From: an uncultured virus (IMG/VR IMGVR_UViG_3300008339_000034)
Taxonomy: Duplodnaviria; Heunggongvirae; Uroviricota; Caudoviricetes
Virus record (IMG/VR): IMGVR_UViG_3300008339_000034
DNA length: 64,000 nt
Strand: one strand, 5' to 3'
Made by a program: the position numbers and the translations under genes
The notes under the pieces: generated by a model
Seen by the model: only the letters and a program-made list of their open reading frames with translations
Told to the model about the DNA's origin: nothing
Database searches by the model: none
Shown: positions 39,084-48,644 of the stretch, one piece after another
How the letters are laid out: each line of letters begins with the position of its first letter
How positions within the stretch are numbered: the first letter of the stretch is position 1

Positions 39084-40295
39084 TTATCTACCGAAGAAAT
39101 TACTAAAGAGTTGGGTCTCTTTTCTAGGTTCTCCTTTAGGTCCTTTTTTAGACTTTTTTTGCAGTTCTTGGAAAATTGAGTTAGTCTCCTCACTTACACC
39201 TTTCTTCTTAACTGGAGCTAGGTCTAAGTTAGATTGAACTAACCTTGCTACTGCTAGAAACTTTTGAGGATCTTCTTGACGCATCTTTGCCAAGGTAAAC
39301 TCAAACTCGCTAATCTTTTGACCGTTAGGTAACTGATAACTTTTGTTAGTTACATAGTCAAATAAGTTAGCTGCTTCATTCTGATTGATAGGGAAGCCGT
39401 TAATATCTCCTGTCTTGATTGCACCTTCCAAAGTTTTAATGTAAGATTCTTGTCTTGCATTTTCTCTTTCTTGTGCTTCTCTTTGTTTCTGAGCACTTTG
39501 TTCTGCTAACACTTCTCTCTCTTGTCTACTACGTTCAAGTAATTTTACGTAGTACTTTTCTGAGAAGTTCTCAAGTTTATTAGTCTTGACAGCATATTCA
39601 AGTTGTTCATCAATCTCATCTTGGTCTAAACCAGTGCGAGAAAGATACTCACGGAAGATAGCTTCTTGGTTCTGAGGATTAGTCAAGTCAACATTTTCAA
39701 GTGCAACTTGTTCGTTGAACTTAGAAAGGTATTGTTGTACAGGGACTTTATTAATGAAAAGGTCTTTCACCAATTCAAGTCCTTCTGGACCATAAGCCTC
39801 AGTAGCAATTTCCTCTAGTTGTTTCCACGCTTTGTTCTCAACGGTAGCAGACATCATTTCAAGGAAACTTTCTTCAGTCCATTCTACTTGGTCAGGATCA
39901 ATTTCCTCACCTAAATCAAAATGTCCTGACTTCAGCAATCCTTTACCAAAAGCTTCGTAGTAGTTAATGTCGTCAGAATCATCTTCTAAGTCATCATCTT
40001 CTAGCTCTTGGTTGCCTGCAGACTTGTTGTCATCGTCTTCTTCTTCCTCTTCTTCTTCATTAGGAGTAGAGGCTGGAGGAGTGGCAGGAGTTGCAGGAGC
40101 CGTTGGTTTTTTACCTTGTCCTCCCATAGGAAGGTCATCGTCTTCTAAGTCCATCTTCTCGCCACCCAAAATATCAGGGGCAAGATTAGCGTTGGGATCA
40201 AACTGGGGATCCTCTAGGGGATCATCAGTAGCAAAATTTTCAAAGAACTCTAGGTTGTCTAAACCTAATTGGTCGTCGTTTGGGTTGTTATTCAT
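39084..40295 (-). CDS. Acidic scaffold-like protein (crAss gene 77-like), 403 aa
   Basis: D/E-rich disordered N-half, helical C-half, between portal and MCP. Confidence 0.65.
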   Translation of the reverse strand: MNNNPNDDQLGLDNLEFFENFATDDPLEDPQFDPNANLAPDILGGEKMDLEDDDLPMGGQGKKPTAPATPATPPASTPNEEEEEEEDDDNKSAGNQELEDDDLEDDSDDINYYEAFGKGLLKSGHFDLGEEIDPDQVEWTEESFLEMMSATVENKAWKQLEEIATEAYGPEGLELVKDLFINKVPVQQYLSKFNEQVALENVDLTNPQNQEAIFREYLSRTGLDQDEIDEQLEYAVKTNKLENFSEKYYVKLLERSRQEREVLAEQSAQKQREAQERENARQESYIKTLEGAIKTGDINGFPINQNEAANLFDYVTNKSYQLPNGQKISEFEFTLAKMRQEDPQKFLAVARLVQSNLDLAPVKKKGVSEETNSIFQELQKKSKKGPKGEPRKETQLFSNFFGR

Positions 40296-40324
40296 GACAA
40301 TTAGTTGGTTGGTTTGTCTGTTTT

Positions 40325-40354
40325 CAAAGTTAACCTATTAAAAAATTAACACAA
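40325..40354 (-). promoter_or_regulatory. Bacteroidota-type promoter, TTG-N19-TAACTTTG
   Basis: Plus strand CAAAGTTA 40325-40332 and CAA 40352-40354, upstream of the scaffold/MCP genes. Confidence 0.65.
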
Positions 40355-40399
40355 TAGGTTAAAAAAAGTGAGTGTGTAAATATAGATAAAGTGAAATTC

Positions 40400-42850
40400 T
40401 TATTTCTTCTTATCGTATTTATTCTTGTTTTGCTTAGCTATTTGCAGCTTAGTATCGATGTCTTTTTCCTTTAAATCTAACTCTCTACTCTTAAGACTAA
40501 CTTGGTCAGCATTCTTAAGTTGCTCAAATCGCATCTTAGATTGTTCCTTAGCCAAGTTAGCTTGTTGTATCAATAGAGGAGTCAAATCTTTGTCTTGTGA
40601 GAAAGAAGATTCGTTAGCAATACCACGCAGACGCTCTACGTCAAGTCTGTTCTGACGGTCGAGTTCTTTGTTCATATCCTCACGTTGTGCATCTTGTTGT
40701 TTTTGTTCAGCATCTGCAGCAAGTTTAGTTTGGAATTGTTGTTGTTGCATTTCCATCTGTTGTTGCTGTTGTGCCATTTGCTGTTGTTGCAATTGAGCTT
40801 TACGTTCTTGTACGCCTTCTAATACGTGACGAAGTGAACGTTCTGAGGCAGCGGTGTACAGGTCAAAAATCTCAATCAACTCTGCACCATTCTGAAGTGC
40901 GGGTTGAGCCAACGAACGCAACTGTTCAAGTGTTACTCTATCCTCAGCGTATGATGTCACAAATACAAACAACTCACGGAGTAACTCATTCTTAGTTATA
41001 CGTAAGAATACAGTTTCCAATTCTGAGTTTAAGTAGTTCAAAGTAGAGGTAGGCTTTTGCAATTCTGTATACTGAGCCATCTCCAACATTGTTTGATATA
41101 CTTGTTGCATTACGTTATCATGCCAAGCAAACCATGTTTCTGTTTGAGAGAATGATTGAGTAAGTCCTTCTTTAGTAGCAGTAGCCGTCTCAGAGGGAGT
41201 TACTGAACCTAGACGCTGGCGAGTTACACCAATAAGTTCGTATGCCTCTGTACGGAGAGCTTGTGCCAATTGGATACGAGATTGAATTTCTGCAGTTCTA
41301 GTCAAGTCTACACGAGACATTTGGTTGAACTGAACAGCTCCACCAGTATTCTCTGGAGATGTATCAATAAACAAAGTACCACGATTCTTGGCATTCCAAA
41401 GCATTGTCTCAATTGGATCTTGAGAATCTTTCTTAGGCACTACTTTTAAGTCACCCAAGAATACCACACCAATCTCTTTCTCAAGTAACTCCCACAACTG
41501 GTTCATACAAATGTTGTAAAGAACTTGGTAAGGCTTAAGAAGATCAAGCAAGGATTTGCCTTGCGTATTACGAGTAGTGTTTACAATACCTACAATTGGA
41601 GGAGTTTGGCTATACTCTAGAGGCTCTACATCAATGTAGATGTCAGCACCAATCTTAATACCCTTCCACCATTCGTTAATCCACAACTCATCTAGAGCAA
41701 TATCGCCCATAGTTTTATCGTACTTGTAGTCTTCACTTACAAATTGTTCTTGAAGGTATCCTTGTTCGTCTATGTACTGACGCTTATATATCTTCTTTTT
41801 AGACTGCCAGTAACAAGTAACTACTGTGTAGGCGTGTTGAGAGTTGAACGAGAATACGTTGTGGTCAATACCTCCATTGGCAAAGTCACCCACGTTCTCA
41901 AATGTCAACTGCCACAATGGGTCATTAGGGTCTGGAAGTGCAGGAGACAATGGAGAATATTCGTTGTTACGAAGATTCTGTAAAGAACGACTATTCAAGT
42001 GCTTAACTTCTTCACCAGAAAGATTATATCTCTCTACTATTTCAGACATAGAAAGAACTTCAATAGTACCTAAAGCCCAACAATCAGTAGTATACATAGC
42101 ATTACGATTAGCTAAGTACCATACGTTAGATGGGTTTTCTACTTTGTAGTTAAATCCGATTCTTGAATTGTCTGGGTAGAAGTGGTGAAACTCTTGTCCT
42201 GTAATCAAGAAATCTAAGAAACCTTGACTAGACTTTTCTTTTAAACGGAAACTATACTTAAGTGCATTAAGTACTTTGTTGCCCCACTCTTCGGCAGTAG
42301 AAGTGTAGTCCAAGATTTTGTTTTGAATCTCAGCCATCATCTCTTCTTGAATCTGCTGTAACTGTTCTTCAGGTACTCCTTCTAAACGAGCCATCATTTT
42401 ATTCATGAAGAACTCTTTAATTAAGTCAGTACGGAAGTCAATGTTCTCATCTACACTCGCATCGTCAACAGCTTTGACCTTATACTTAAATGGTCTGTTA
42501 ATTAACTCACCCTTTAATTGATTGATAGGTGGGTTGACTATTGGATAATGCTTAAGATGCTGAGGAATTTCTGGCTCTTGATCAGGAGTATCTGAAAGGT
42601 AACTAATAATTTCTTGTATCTGGGGCTCATTGGTGTAATCATCAAAGTTAAACTCTCCGTTAAATAGACGGTAGTTTTTTCTGAATTTTATGTTTTGTCG
42701 GTACTGGGCAAATGCAATATTTGCAAAGTAGTCAAGGGTAGATTTAATCCACTGAGGCTTTTGTTTCTTGGCTGCAGAAACAAATTGCTCTGGATAAAAG
42801 TATGCGTGATTCAGTGCATCAGTGTACTCTTTGAGTGCTTCTATGATCAT
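40400..42850 (-). CDS. Portal protein, 816 aa
   Basis: HYPIVNPPINQLKGE, WINEWWKG, SLLDLLKPYQ, GVTRQRLG motifs; Q-rich C-terminal barrel; follows TerL. Confidence 0.88.
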   Translation of the reverse strand: MIIEALKEYTDALNHAYFYPEQFVSAAKKQKPQWIKSTLDYFANIAFAQYRQNIKFRKNYRLFNGEFNFDDYTNEPQIQEIISYLSDTPDQEPEIPQHLKHYPIVNPPINQLKGELINRPFKYKVKAVDDASVDENIDFRTDLIKEFFMNKMMARLEGVPEEQLQQIQEEMMAEIQNKILDYTSTAEEWGNKVLNALKYSFRLKEKSSQGFLDFLITGQEFHHFYPDNSRIGFNYKVENPSNVWYLANRNAMYTTDCWALGTIEVLSMSEIVERYNLSGEEVKHLNSRSLQNLRNNEYSPLSPALPDPNDPLWQLTFENVGDFANGGIDHNVFSFNSQHAYTVVTCYWQSKKKIYKRQYIDEQGYLQEQFVSEDYKYDKTMGDIALDELWINEWWKGIKIGADIYIDVEPLEYSQTPPIVGIVNTTRNTQGKSLLDLLKPYQVLYNICMNQLWELLEKEIGVVFLGDLKVVPKKDSQDPIETMLWNAKNRGTLFIDTSPENTGGAVQFNQMSRVDLTRTAEIQSRIQLAQALRTEAYELIGVTRQRLGSVTPSETATATKEGLTQSFSQTETWFAWHDNVMQQVYQTMLEMAQYTELQKPTSTLNYLNSELETVFLRITKNELLRELFVFVTSYAEDRVTLEQLRSLAQPALQNGAELIEIFDLYTAASERSLRHVLEGVQERKAQLQQQQMAQQQQQMEMQQQQFQTKLAADAEQKQQDAQREDMNKELDRQNRLDVERLRGIANESSFSQDKDLTPLLIQQANLAKEQSKMRFEQLKNADQVSLKSRELDLKEKDIDTKLQIAKQNKNKYDKKK

Positions 42851-42949
42851 AACAATGGATGTTAATGTATTAACTTATAAAGTATAACTAGCGGTAAAAA
42901 TAATACCAAATCTTAATTTTGATACCCAAAATTTTAAAATAAGTGTAGT

Positions 42950-44950
42950 TTAATACCTAAAAGGGCTTCTTGTTGTCCTGAAAAGTTGTTTTGATTTCAT
43001 GGATTTAAAGTACTCTTGCATGCGAGAATCCTGTGTAGAAGATACTATTACTGATTTGCTGTTTAAGGATTTTGCCATAGCAAGAGTAAGGCCAAAAGAA
43101 ATAACTCGGTCGACGTTTAATTTGGGAGTAAACTTAATTAATTCTTTAAGCAGTAGAGGGTCAAGTATTCTAGTAACTCCTAATCTTTCTTTTACGACGT
43201 TACCCTCTGCATCTGTCTCTCTTTCTATAACTTCTGTGATGTATTCTATAATCAGTGAGTTCAAGTAATCTTTAATATCACTGGTCATATGTATTCCATA
43301 CTCACGATTTACTGCACTACTAGGGTGGATGTCATTTAAGAATGAGGGTGTGCGTTCTAAGAAAAAAGCAGATTCGTTCTTTTCAATACAATGCTGAATG
43401 AATCCCATATCCATGTTTTCACAAAGTGTCTTAGCGTTATAGTACTTCAATAACATCTTTGTCATCTCATACCACTGTTCAATCTTTTTAGGACGACCTG
43501 TGTACGCTGCTACTACTATGTTCTGCCACCCTTCCCCTGCAATATCATGCACACGTTTGTAAATATAAGTAGAGCCTAAAGAGGTTGAGTATTTAGCTTG
43601 TGACTGTTTATATGGGTCAGTTCCTGCCGTATAAAGACCATAGGGTGCCCCTAGTATAGGATACTCCCAAATCTGAACTGCACCTTCTAAGTTATCTGTT
43701 GGTTTAGAAGGAAAGTTTTGAACTGGTTTCTTATCTGTAAACTTATGACCAATGCTTCCATCTGACTTCTGCACTAGTTCTACGTAATCTGGATTTGCAT
43801 CTAGTGATGTAATCTTTTGCAATTGTTCCTGAAGAAGATCCACAGGAAAGATGTTTTGCGAAAGTTCTAGGAAACATTCTTCGTGTGTCAGAGGATAATA
43901 CATTACCTCCTTCAAGTATGCTTCTAGACCACTAGATTTCTTAATTTGTTCTCTAGACTTTAAGATTAATTCTTTTCCTTTGTCTTCATCAGATACCCAA
44001 ATTGTTATATCGTCTAATTCCGATGGTTCCGCATTCTCTAAGTAAAGTCCAAGAGATTTTGGTTCTTTTGGTACCTTCAAAGATTTAGTTCCTGGGATAA
44101 ACAAACCATAGGATTTACCAGAGTCAAGTGACTCTACAGGAAGAAAATTGTATGCTTCAGGGTTATTGAAAAGCTCTTCCAAATCCCCTGCCTTTGTCAT
44201 ATCTCCCGAAGTCCCAATGACAAAAGGAGAACAACGCCATCCATATGGACTGTCAAAACAAGGAGTAGTTGCCGCCAAACAATTGAGAATCTTTCCTTTT
44301 CCTCCTTCTTCCAACATAAAAGAAGATAGAGTAAGACCAGCAGCTGCTTCCGTATTGTTGCCTTCGTCAAAGTTTCGGATGTGAAATTTAGACCATTCAT
44401 GTCTTACGTTTTGTTTGTCTTTGTATCCAAGAGTTACTTGTCTCTTCCAATCATCTTCAATACGGGGAAACTTAAAGTATTCTGGAAGATTACGTAAACC
44501 TAAGTCTACGTACTCTGTTATAATTTTTAAGTCAGGCCCATTCAAAGCAGAGATAAGATTGTCGCTACCTTTTTGGGTTACTGCTTTATGGGTCATATAC
44601 GAGGAAGTCAATACTGACTTAGAGATACGTCGTGAACCTACCATCACAACTCCCTTCTTTCCGTCAGGATGATTTTCTGCTCTATTGATAGTTTCATCGA
44701 CAGCCAAGTAAGTATCCCATAACTGAGGGCGATCTAACTTACGAACTTGTCTTTTGCCTACCATTGTATCTACATAAATAGACCAGTAATTTAAATGCCA
44801 ATAGATAAAAGGAGAAAAGTGAAACCCATTAATGGTAATACCCTCTGTAATCTTTTTATCTTCTGCTTCCCAAAAAGAAACATATTCTGACGATTCCTTA
44901 TCAGGAACAGACTTCATATTGACAAAAAACTCTGGACTATCTAAATGCAT
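42950..44950 (-). CDS. terL: Terminase large subunit, 666 aa
   Basis: Walker A-like GSRRISKS, Walker B FMLEEGG, nuclease YTAGTDPY and NVDRV; precedes portal. Confidence 0.9.
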   Translation of the reverse strand: MHLDSPEFFVNMKSVPDKESSEYVSFWEAEDKKITEGITINGFHFSPFIYWHLNYWSIYVDTMVGKRQVRKLDRPQLWDTYLAVDETINRAENHPDGKKGVVMVGSRRISKSVLTSSYMTHKAVTQKGSDNLISALNGPDLKIITEYVDLGLRNLPEYFKFPRIEDDWKRQVTLGYKDKQNVRHEWSKFHIRNFDEGNNTEAAAGLTLSSFMLEEGGKGKILNCLAATTPCFDSPYGWRCSPFVIGTSGDMTKAGDLEELFNNPEAYNFLPVESLDSGKSYGLFIPGTKSLKVPKEPKSLGLYLENAEPSELDDITIWVSDEDKGKELILKSREQIKKSSGLEAYLKEVMYYPLTHEECFLELSQNIFPVDLLQEQLQKITSLDANPDYVELVQKSDGSIGHKFTDKKPVQNFPSKPTDNLEGAVQIWEYPILGAPYGLYTAGTDPYKQSQAKYSTSLGSTYIYKRVHDIAGEGWQNIVVAAYTGRPKKIEQWYEMTKMLLKYYNAKTLCENMDMGFIQHCIEKNESAFFLERTPSFLNDIHPSSAVNREYGIHMTSDIKDYLNSLIIEYITEVIERETDAEGNVVKERLGVTRILDPLLLKELIKFTPKLNVDRVISFGLTLAMAKSLNSKSVIVSSTQDSRMQEYFKSMKSKQLFRTTRSPFRY

Positions 44951-44951
44951 A

Positions 44952-45269
44952 TTACATAAATTTACTCATCTTGCCATTAACTTCTTGAGAACCACGTATC
45001 TCAAGTTTGGCTTCTTCTTTCTCACGAAGTTTATCTACCACATCTAAAAGAGCAAGATACTCTTTCATGGTATCACGTATTGATTTAATCTGTTGTTCAA
45101 TAGAAGCAATTACCATAGGAATAGAACCACCTTTAGAAGTTGGTTTCCATTCTACTCGGTCTTTTAAAGAATGTAGTGGATTTGAATCCACATACTGTCT
45201 CCATTCTCTAAGTTTCTCCTCTGCCCACTCTAGTTCAGCTGAGATGTAAGATTGTTTTTTCTGTGCCAT
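44952..45269 (-). CDS. Helical protein abutting TerL (possible small terminase), 105 aa
   Basis: Position one nt upstream of terL; coiled-coil character. Confidence 0.55.
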   Translation of the reverse strand: MAQKKQSYISAELEWAEEKLREWRQYVDSNPLHSLKDRVEWKPTSKGGSIPMVIASIEQQIKSIRDTMKEYLALLDVVDKLREKEEAKLEIRGSQEVNGKMSKFM

Positions 45270-45270
45270 A

Positions 45271-45474
45271 CTAAAGCGATTCGTATTTTTCTATAAACTC
45301 GTCTTCAGGCATGACTGCAAAGTCTTCCAGTACACGAGCATAAAAATCTTCATTCCTTCCTGTTTTACCATAGGAGTAACCTGCTTTCCAAAAGACTTTA
45401 GTTACTAGAAATAACTTGTCTTGGAAAGTAGGTTTACTCTCAGGTTTTAAACGGTTGGTTGGTTGTTTTGTCAT
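45271..45474 (-). CDS. Hypothetical protein, 67 aa
   Basis: Tightly packed in the operon. Confidence 0.5.
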   Translation of the reverse strand: MTKQPTNRLKPESKPTFQDKLFLVTKVFWKAGYSYGKTGRNEDFYARVLEDFAVMPEDEFIEKYESL

Positions 45475-45477
45475 TGG

Positions 45478-45636
45478 TTAAGCTTTAATCTCTTGTAGCT
45501 TACTATCTGCTGGCATATAGTAAACTTCAACTCCGCACTTAGTGCCTTTGTTTCCTCCGCAACCGTTAAGGATACGGAAAGCTTTCTTAAGGTTTTCTAC
45601 CTTGTTAGCTCTTGATTTGATTGATGGTTTTTTCAT
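45478..45636 (-). CDS. Small basic hypothetical protein, about 52 aa
   Basis: ATG at 45636 after the Zn-finger gene stop; ORF track extends to 45705. Confidence 0.45.
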   Translation of the reverse strand: MKKPSIKSRANKVENLKKAFRILNGCGGNKGTKCGVEVYYMPADSKLQEIKA

Positions 45637-45647
45637 ATTAGTAGGTG

Positions 45648-46022
45648 TTAAGGTTTTTTGGTCCACTTTAGTTCTTGTTTCTTTTCTGGATGTCTTTGGT
45701 TCCAAGTTTCTATTCCACAGTTACAACTCAAACAAGATGTTTTAAATTCAATTACACAACCACATAACGCACAGTGTGATTCGGTTCTTCCAGTAGCGTA
45801 TGGGACACCCGTGAGTGCCATGTACTCTGGAGATACTCTAGCATTAGTAGAGTTGAAGGGACAAGCGTTACATATGTCCATTCGGTTTGAGATACGGTTC
45901 TGATCATCTTCATTAAGTAAATTGAATTCTTTCAATGTCTTGTTGCTGATCCCCTCGATTATCTTGTCCGCGTTCTTTACTCCCTGCTTCAGCAGCTTCA
46001 TGTAGTCTGCAAATGGATTCAT
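45648..46022 (-). CDS. Zinc-finger protein, 124 aa
   Basis: RMDICNACP...HCALCGC...KTSCLSCNC; similar genes lie near terL in crAss-like phages. Confidence 0.7.
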   Translation of the reverse strand: MNPFADYMKLLKQGVKNADKIIEGISNKTLKEFNLLNEDDQNRISNRMDICNACPFNSTNARVSPEYMALTGVPYATGRTESHCALCGCVIEFKTSCLSCNCGIETWNQRHPEKKQELKWTKKP

Positions 46023-46473
46023 ATAGTTTTTCTAATCTGTCTTGGTTAAAGTTAACTAGCCTTTGTCTTTGTTTGTGATACATAGGCTTATCAAATATAG
46101 GTTCATTTATAAGAATGTCCATCTTCTTCAAACCCTCTTCGTATAGTTTTTTGTAGTTCTCGTAGATAACAGTCATAAAGTTTGCTCTACTTTTGGTGTG
46201 GTATTTTGGGAACTTTACCATAAACCCAGCCATGTCTATGTACCTTACAATATTATAGTATAGGATATTTGGTATGCATGCAGGATTAGCTCTTAAGCGT
46301 CCTAAGCCTTTGAGGTAGACTTGTTTGGTCTCGGTCTTCTTTAGGGATTCTACGATTTCTCCTAAATACCAAGAATAAACTTCATCTACCTCTGAGCTAG
46401 TGCACTTTAACTCTTTGGCTGCCGTACTATACAATCCAAATACCTTGAGTTCTATTTGAAGGTCTTTTCTCAT
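45913..46473 (-). CDS. HU/IHF-like DNA-binding protein, 186 aa
   Basis: EVDEVYSWYLGEIVESL...QVYLKGLGRL HU-type signature. Confidence 0.6.
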   Translation of the reverse strand: MRKDLQIELKVFGLYSTAAKELKCTSSEVDEVYSWYLGEIVESLKKTETKQVYLKGLGRLRANPACIPNILYYNIVRYIDMAGFMVKFPKYHTKSRANFMTVIYENYKKLYEEGLKKMDILINEPIFDKPMYHKQRQRLVNFNQDRLEKLYESICRLHEAAEAGSKERGQDNRGDQQQDIERIQFT

Positions 46474-46850
46474 GCAGGAGTCTGTTCCGTTATGTTACTT
46501 TCTGACAATACAGTTTTTCTTATTTTAGTTTTAGGCTCTAGAGTAAAATAAATGGTTAATGCTGATTGGTTGTCGTTTTCTGGTTTCAATTTAGGATTCA
46601 AGTTGTTCTTCAACAATAACTGTTGTTTTCTTAACTTGGTGATTGTGTTAGAAATTACTTGGATGCTTGTGTTAAACTTTTCCGCAATCTCTTTCTTAGT
46701 CTCAGAGGTCAATGCTTTTCTGTAACTAGAGTATGCTAAAATTGTTACTGATAAATCAGATAAGCGATAACCTGCTAGCCTCAGCAAGACATCAATGTAA
46801 TCCCTGTGAATTAAAATAGGGTCAGGGTACTTTCGCAAAAGTTTTTTCAT
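46470..46850 (-). CDS. RepL-like winged-HTH protein, 126 aa
   Basis: KKEIAEKFNTSIQVISNTITKLRKQQLL...LNP HTH; first gene of the crAss packaging block. Confidence 0.65.
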   Translation of the reverse strand: MKKLLRKYPDPILIHRDYIDVLLRLAGYRLSDLSVTILAYSSYRKALTSETKKEIAEKFNTSIQVISNTITKLRKQQLLLKNNLNPKLKPENDNQSALTIYFTLEPKTKIRKTVLSESNITEQTPA

Positions 46851-46880
46851 AATATGGTTGGTTGTCTGTTACAACTAATG

Positions 46881-46910
46881 CAAATATACTATCCTAATAT
46901 AAAAAGTCAA
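46881..46910 (-). promoter_or_regulatory. Bacteroidota-type promoter, TTG-N19-TATATTTG
   Basis: Plus strand CAAATATA 46881-46888 and CAA 46908-46910. Confidence 0.7.
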
Positions 46911-46999
46911 GTCTAAAGTTATAACTAAGTAAGTTAAGCTAAAAACTTAACAACTAAAGTTAAGATAAGATTATAACTGGAAACCCCAGTAAATACGGG

Positions 47000-47440
47000 C
47001 TACAACTCCTTAACTAAATCTATTAAGCACTTCTCTACTGCCCTAGAGTATGCTTTTTTGTTGTGAGGAATGTCCTCTACAGTTAGGAACATAGCATTGA
47101 CATAAACGGTCTTTACGTTCCTAGAATAATGTGTAATGTTATTAGCTGTGATGGACATATTGACTACATAGTCCCTCTTTAAAAACTGCAACCCTGCAAT
47201 GTTAATTAGTCTTTGAGGCATAGCAATTGTGTTAATTGCAAGGTCAACTCCAATGCCTGTATCGCACAGCGAATACTTGGCAGAGATAAGTTGTTCAGCC
47301 GTTGCCACTATACCAAAGTCTACAGGCCTACCTGCAATAGTTCTTAGTTGTGTGTGGTTTCTAACGGTGTCAATTTTGTAGCATTGTGCATTCAACGAAC
47401 CTGCAAATGCTAGGATTAAGAGTATGATTAGTTTTTTCAT
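47000..47440 (-). CDS. Secreted protein (Sec signal), alpha/beta, possibly CsgG/TolB-N-like, 146 aa
   Basis: MKKLIILLILAFAGSLNA-Q signal peptide; last gene of the envelope operon. Confidence 0.6.
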   Translation of the reverse strand: MKKLIILLILAFAGSLNAQCYKIDTVRNHTQLRTIAGRPVDFGIVATAEQLISAKYSLCDTGIGVDLAINTIAMPQRLINIAGLQFLKRDYVVNMSITANNITHYSRNVKTVYVNAMFLTVEDIPHNKKAYSRAVEKCLIDLVKEL

Positions 47441-47441
47441 G

Positions 47442-48644
47442 TTAGTATGTTACTTGTCCTGCATAACCAGGTGCTATTAGGTAAAGACTTAAACTTCCTC
47501 CAGAAGTAAGAGTAGAAGTAGTATAAGTACTGACTCCAGGATAAGTTCCTCTTACATTTGTTGTGGCAGCTTTGATAGCATCATATTGTGCTGTTGTAAA
47601 GATACGGACATCAGGTGCTATTCTCCACTTAGAAAATCTTCCAGCCTTTCTTGCCGCTACGTAGTATTTATCTGCTACAGTTATTTTAGAGTCATCGTTT
47701 ACGTCAAACATCTGAAAAGTCAACCCAGTCTTAACCACTTTATTGAGGATGAGGTCTGATATTGCTTGGATGTCTGAGTTTGTGTAGGCTTGAATCCTAG
47801 TTGGAGCATCGACTTGAATAGTGAATTGATTACCTGCTACTGTAGTTCTTGAGAAAGAGTAGTATCCCGATGAGTTAGTATATGCAGTAGCGTCAAGTAC
47901 ATTAGAACTTGTTGTAGTGGTTGAGGTTGTGTTTATCTCCCAACTAGTGCCAGAAAAAGAACCAGTAGTAACGAGAGTACTTGCCATCCAAGCACTACCT
48001 GTAGATATACCCATTATTTCTTGGTTGGAACCGTCTGCGGTGAATGTTCTCCAAACCACTATCTGCTTTGAGGCTTGGTTTTTAATAAAGTATAAATCCC
48101 AAACATAATTGATTCCCGTTTGGTTGTACTTACAGTTACCCTCGTATCTTACTCTAAACACATCACCGTAAGTTCCATCAGTGTAACTTTCAGTTGATAC
48201 ATAAGAAACGTTGTTATCTGTTGAGCCATTATCCACCGACCCAATATGGATAGTAGGTTGATTAGGACTAGTAGCATTTCCGTTGTATCCAGTACTAGAA
48301 CTTGTTCCAAAAGTAAACCAAGAGTTAGCGTTAACGTGGCCTGAAGAATAGCTAGTTCCTGCGTAAGAAGGACTAAAGCCAGAAGGAAATGTAATAGCCA
48401 CAGACTTTTCATCTGTGTTAGCAGTTGAGTGAAGTACTGAAGTTCCTCGTCCTCTATCTGAAGGAATACCTGAAGTTATCTTAGCAAAAGTACCTGACTT
48501 AGTAGTAGCACCTGCTGTACTCTTGTATATTTTTACGGGAACGTTAGAGGCGCCCGAACCGTTTGCATTGTACAAGTATCCAGAATAAGTAAATTGAGCC
48601 TTCAGAGGACTTGCAAACAAGAGTAGAATGACTAGCCATCTCAT
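47442..48644 (-). CDS. Secreted dockerin-like-domain protein with split prealbumin-like fold and NIDO-like insert, 400 aa
   Basis: Signal MRWLVILLLFASPLKA-Q; YSGYLYNANGSGASNVPV...AYTNSSGYYSF; Ca-loop FDVNDDSKITVAD. Confidence 0.65.
   Translation of the reverse strand: MRWLVILLLFASPLKAQFTYSGYLYNANGSGASNVPVKIYKSTAGATTKSGTFAKITSGIPSDRGRGTSVLHSTANTDEKSVAITFPSGFSPSYAGTSYSSGHVNANSWFTFGTSSSTGYNGNATSPNQPTIHIGSVDNGSTDNNVSYVSTESYTDGTYGDVFRVRYEGNCKYNQTGINYVWDLYFIKNQASKQIVVWRTFTADGSNQEIMGISTGSAWMASTLVTTGSFSGTSWEINTTSTTTTSSNVLDATAYTNSSGYYSFSRTTVAGNQFTIQVDAPTRIQAYTNSDIQAISDLILNKVVKTGLTFQMFDVNDDSKITVADKYYVAARKAGRFSKWRIAPDVRIFTTAQYDAIKAATTNVRGTYPGVSTYTTSTLTSGGSLSLYLIAPGYAGQVTY

Noticed and set aside
37525..44950. 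Introns or inteins in MCP, portal or TerL
   Set aside because: ORFs are uninterrupted, of ordinary length, and I saw no intein or homing-endonuclease motifs
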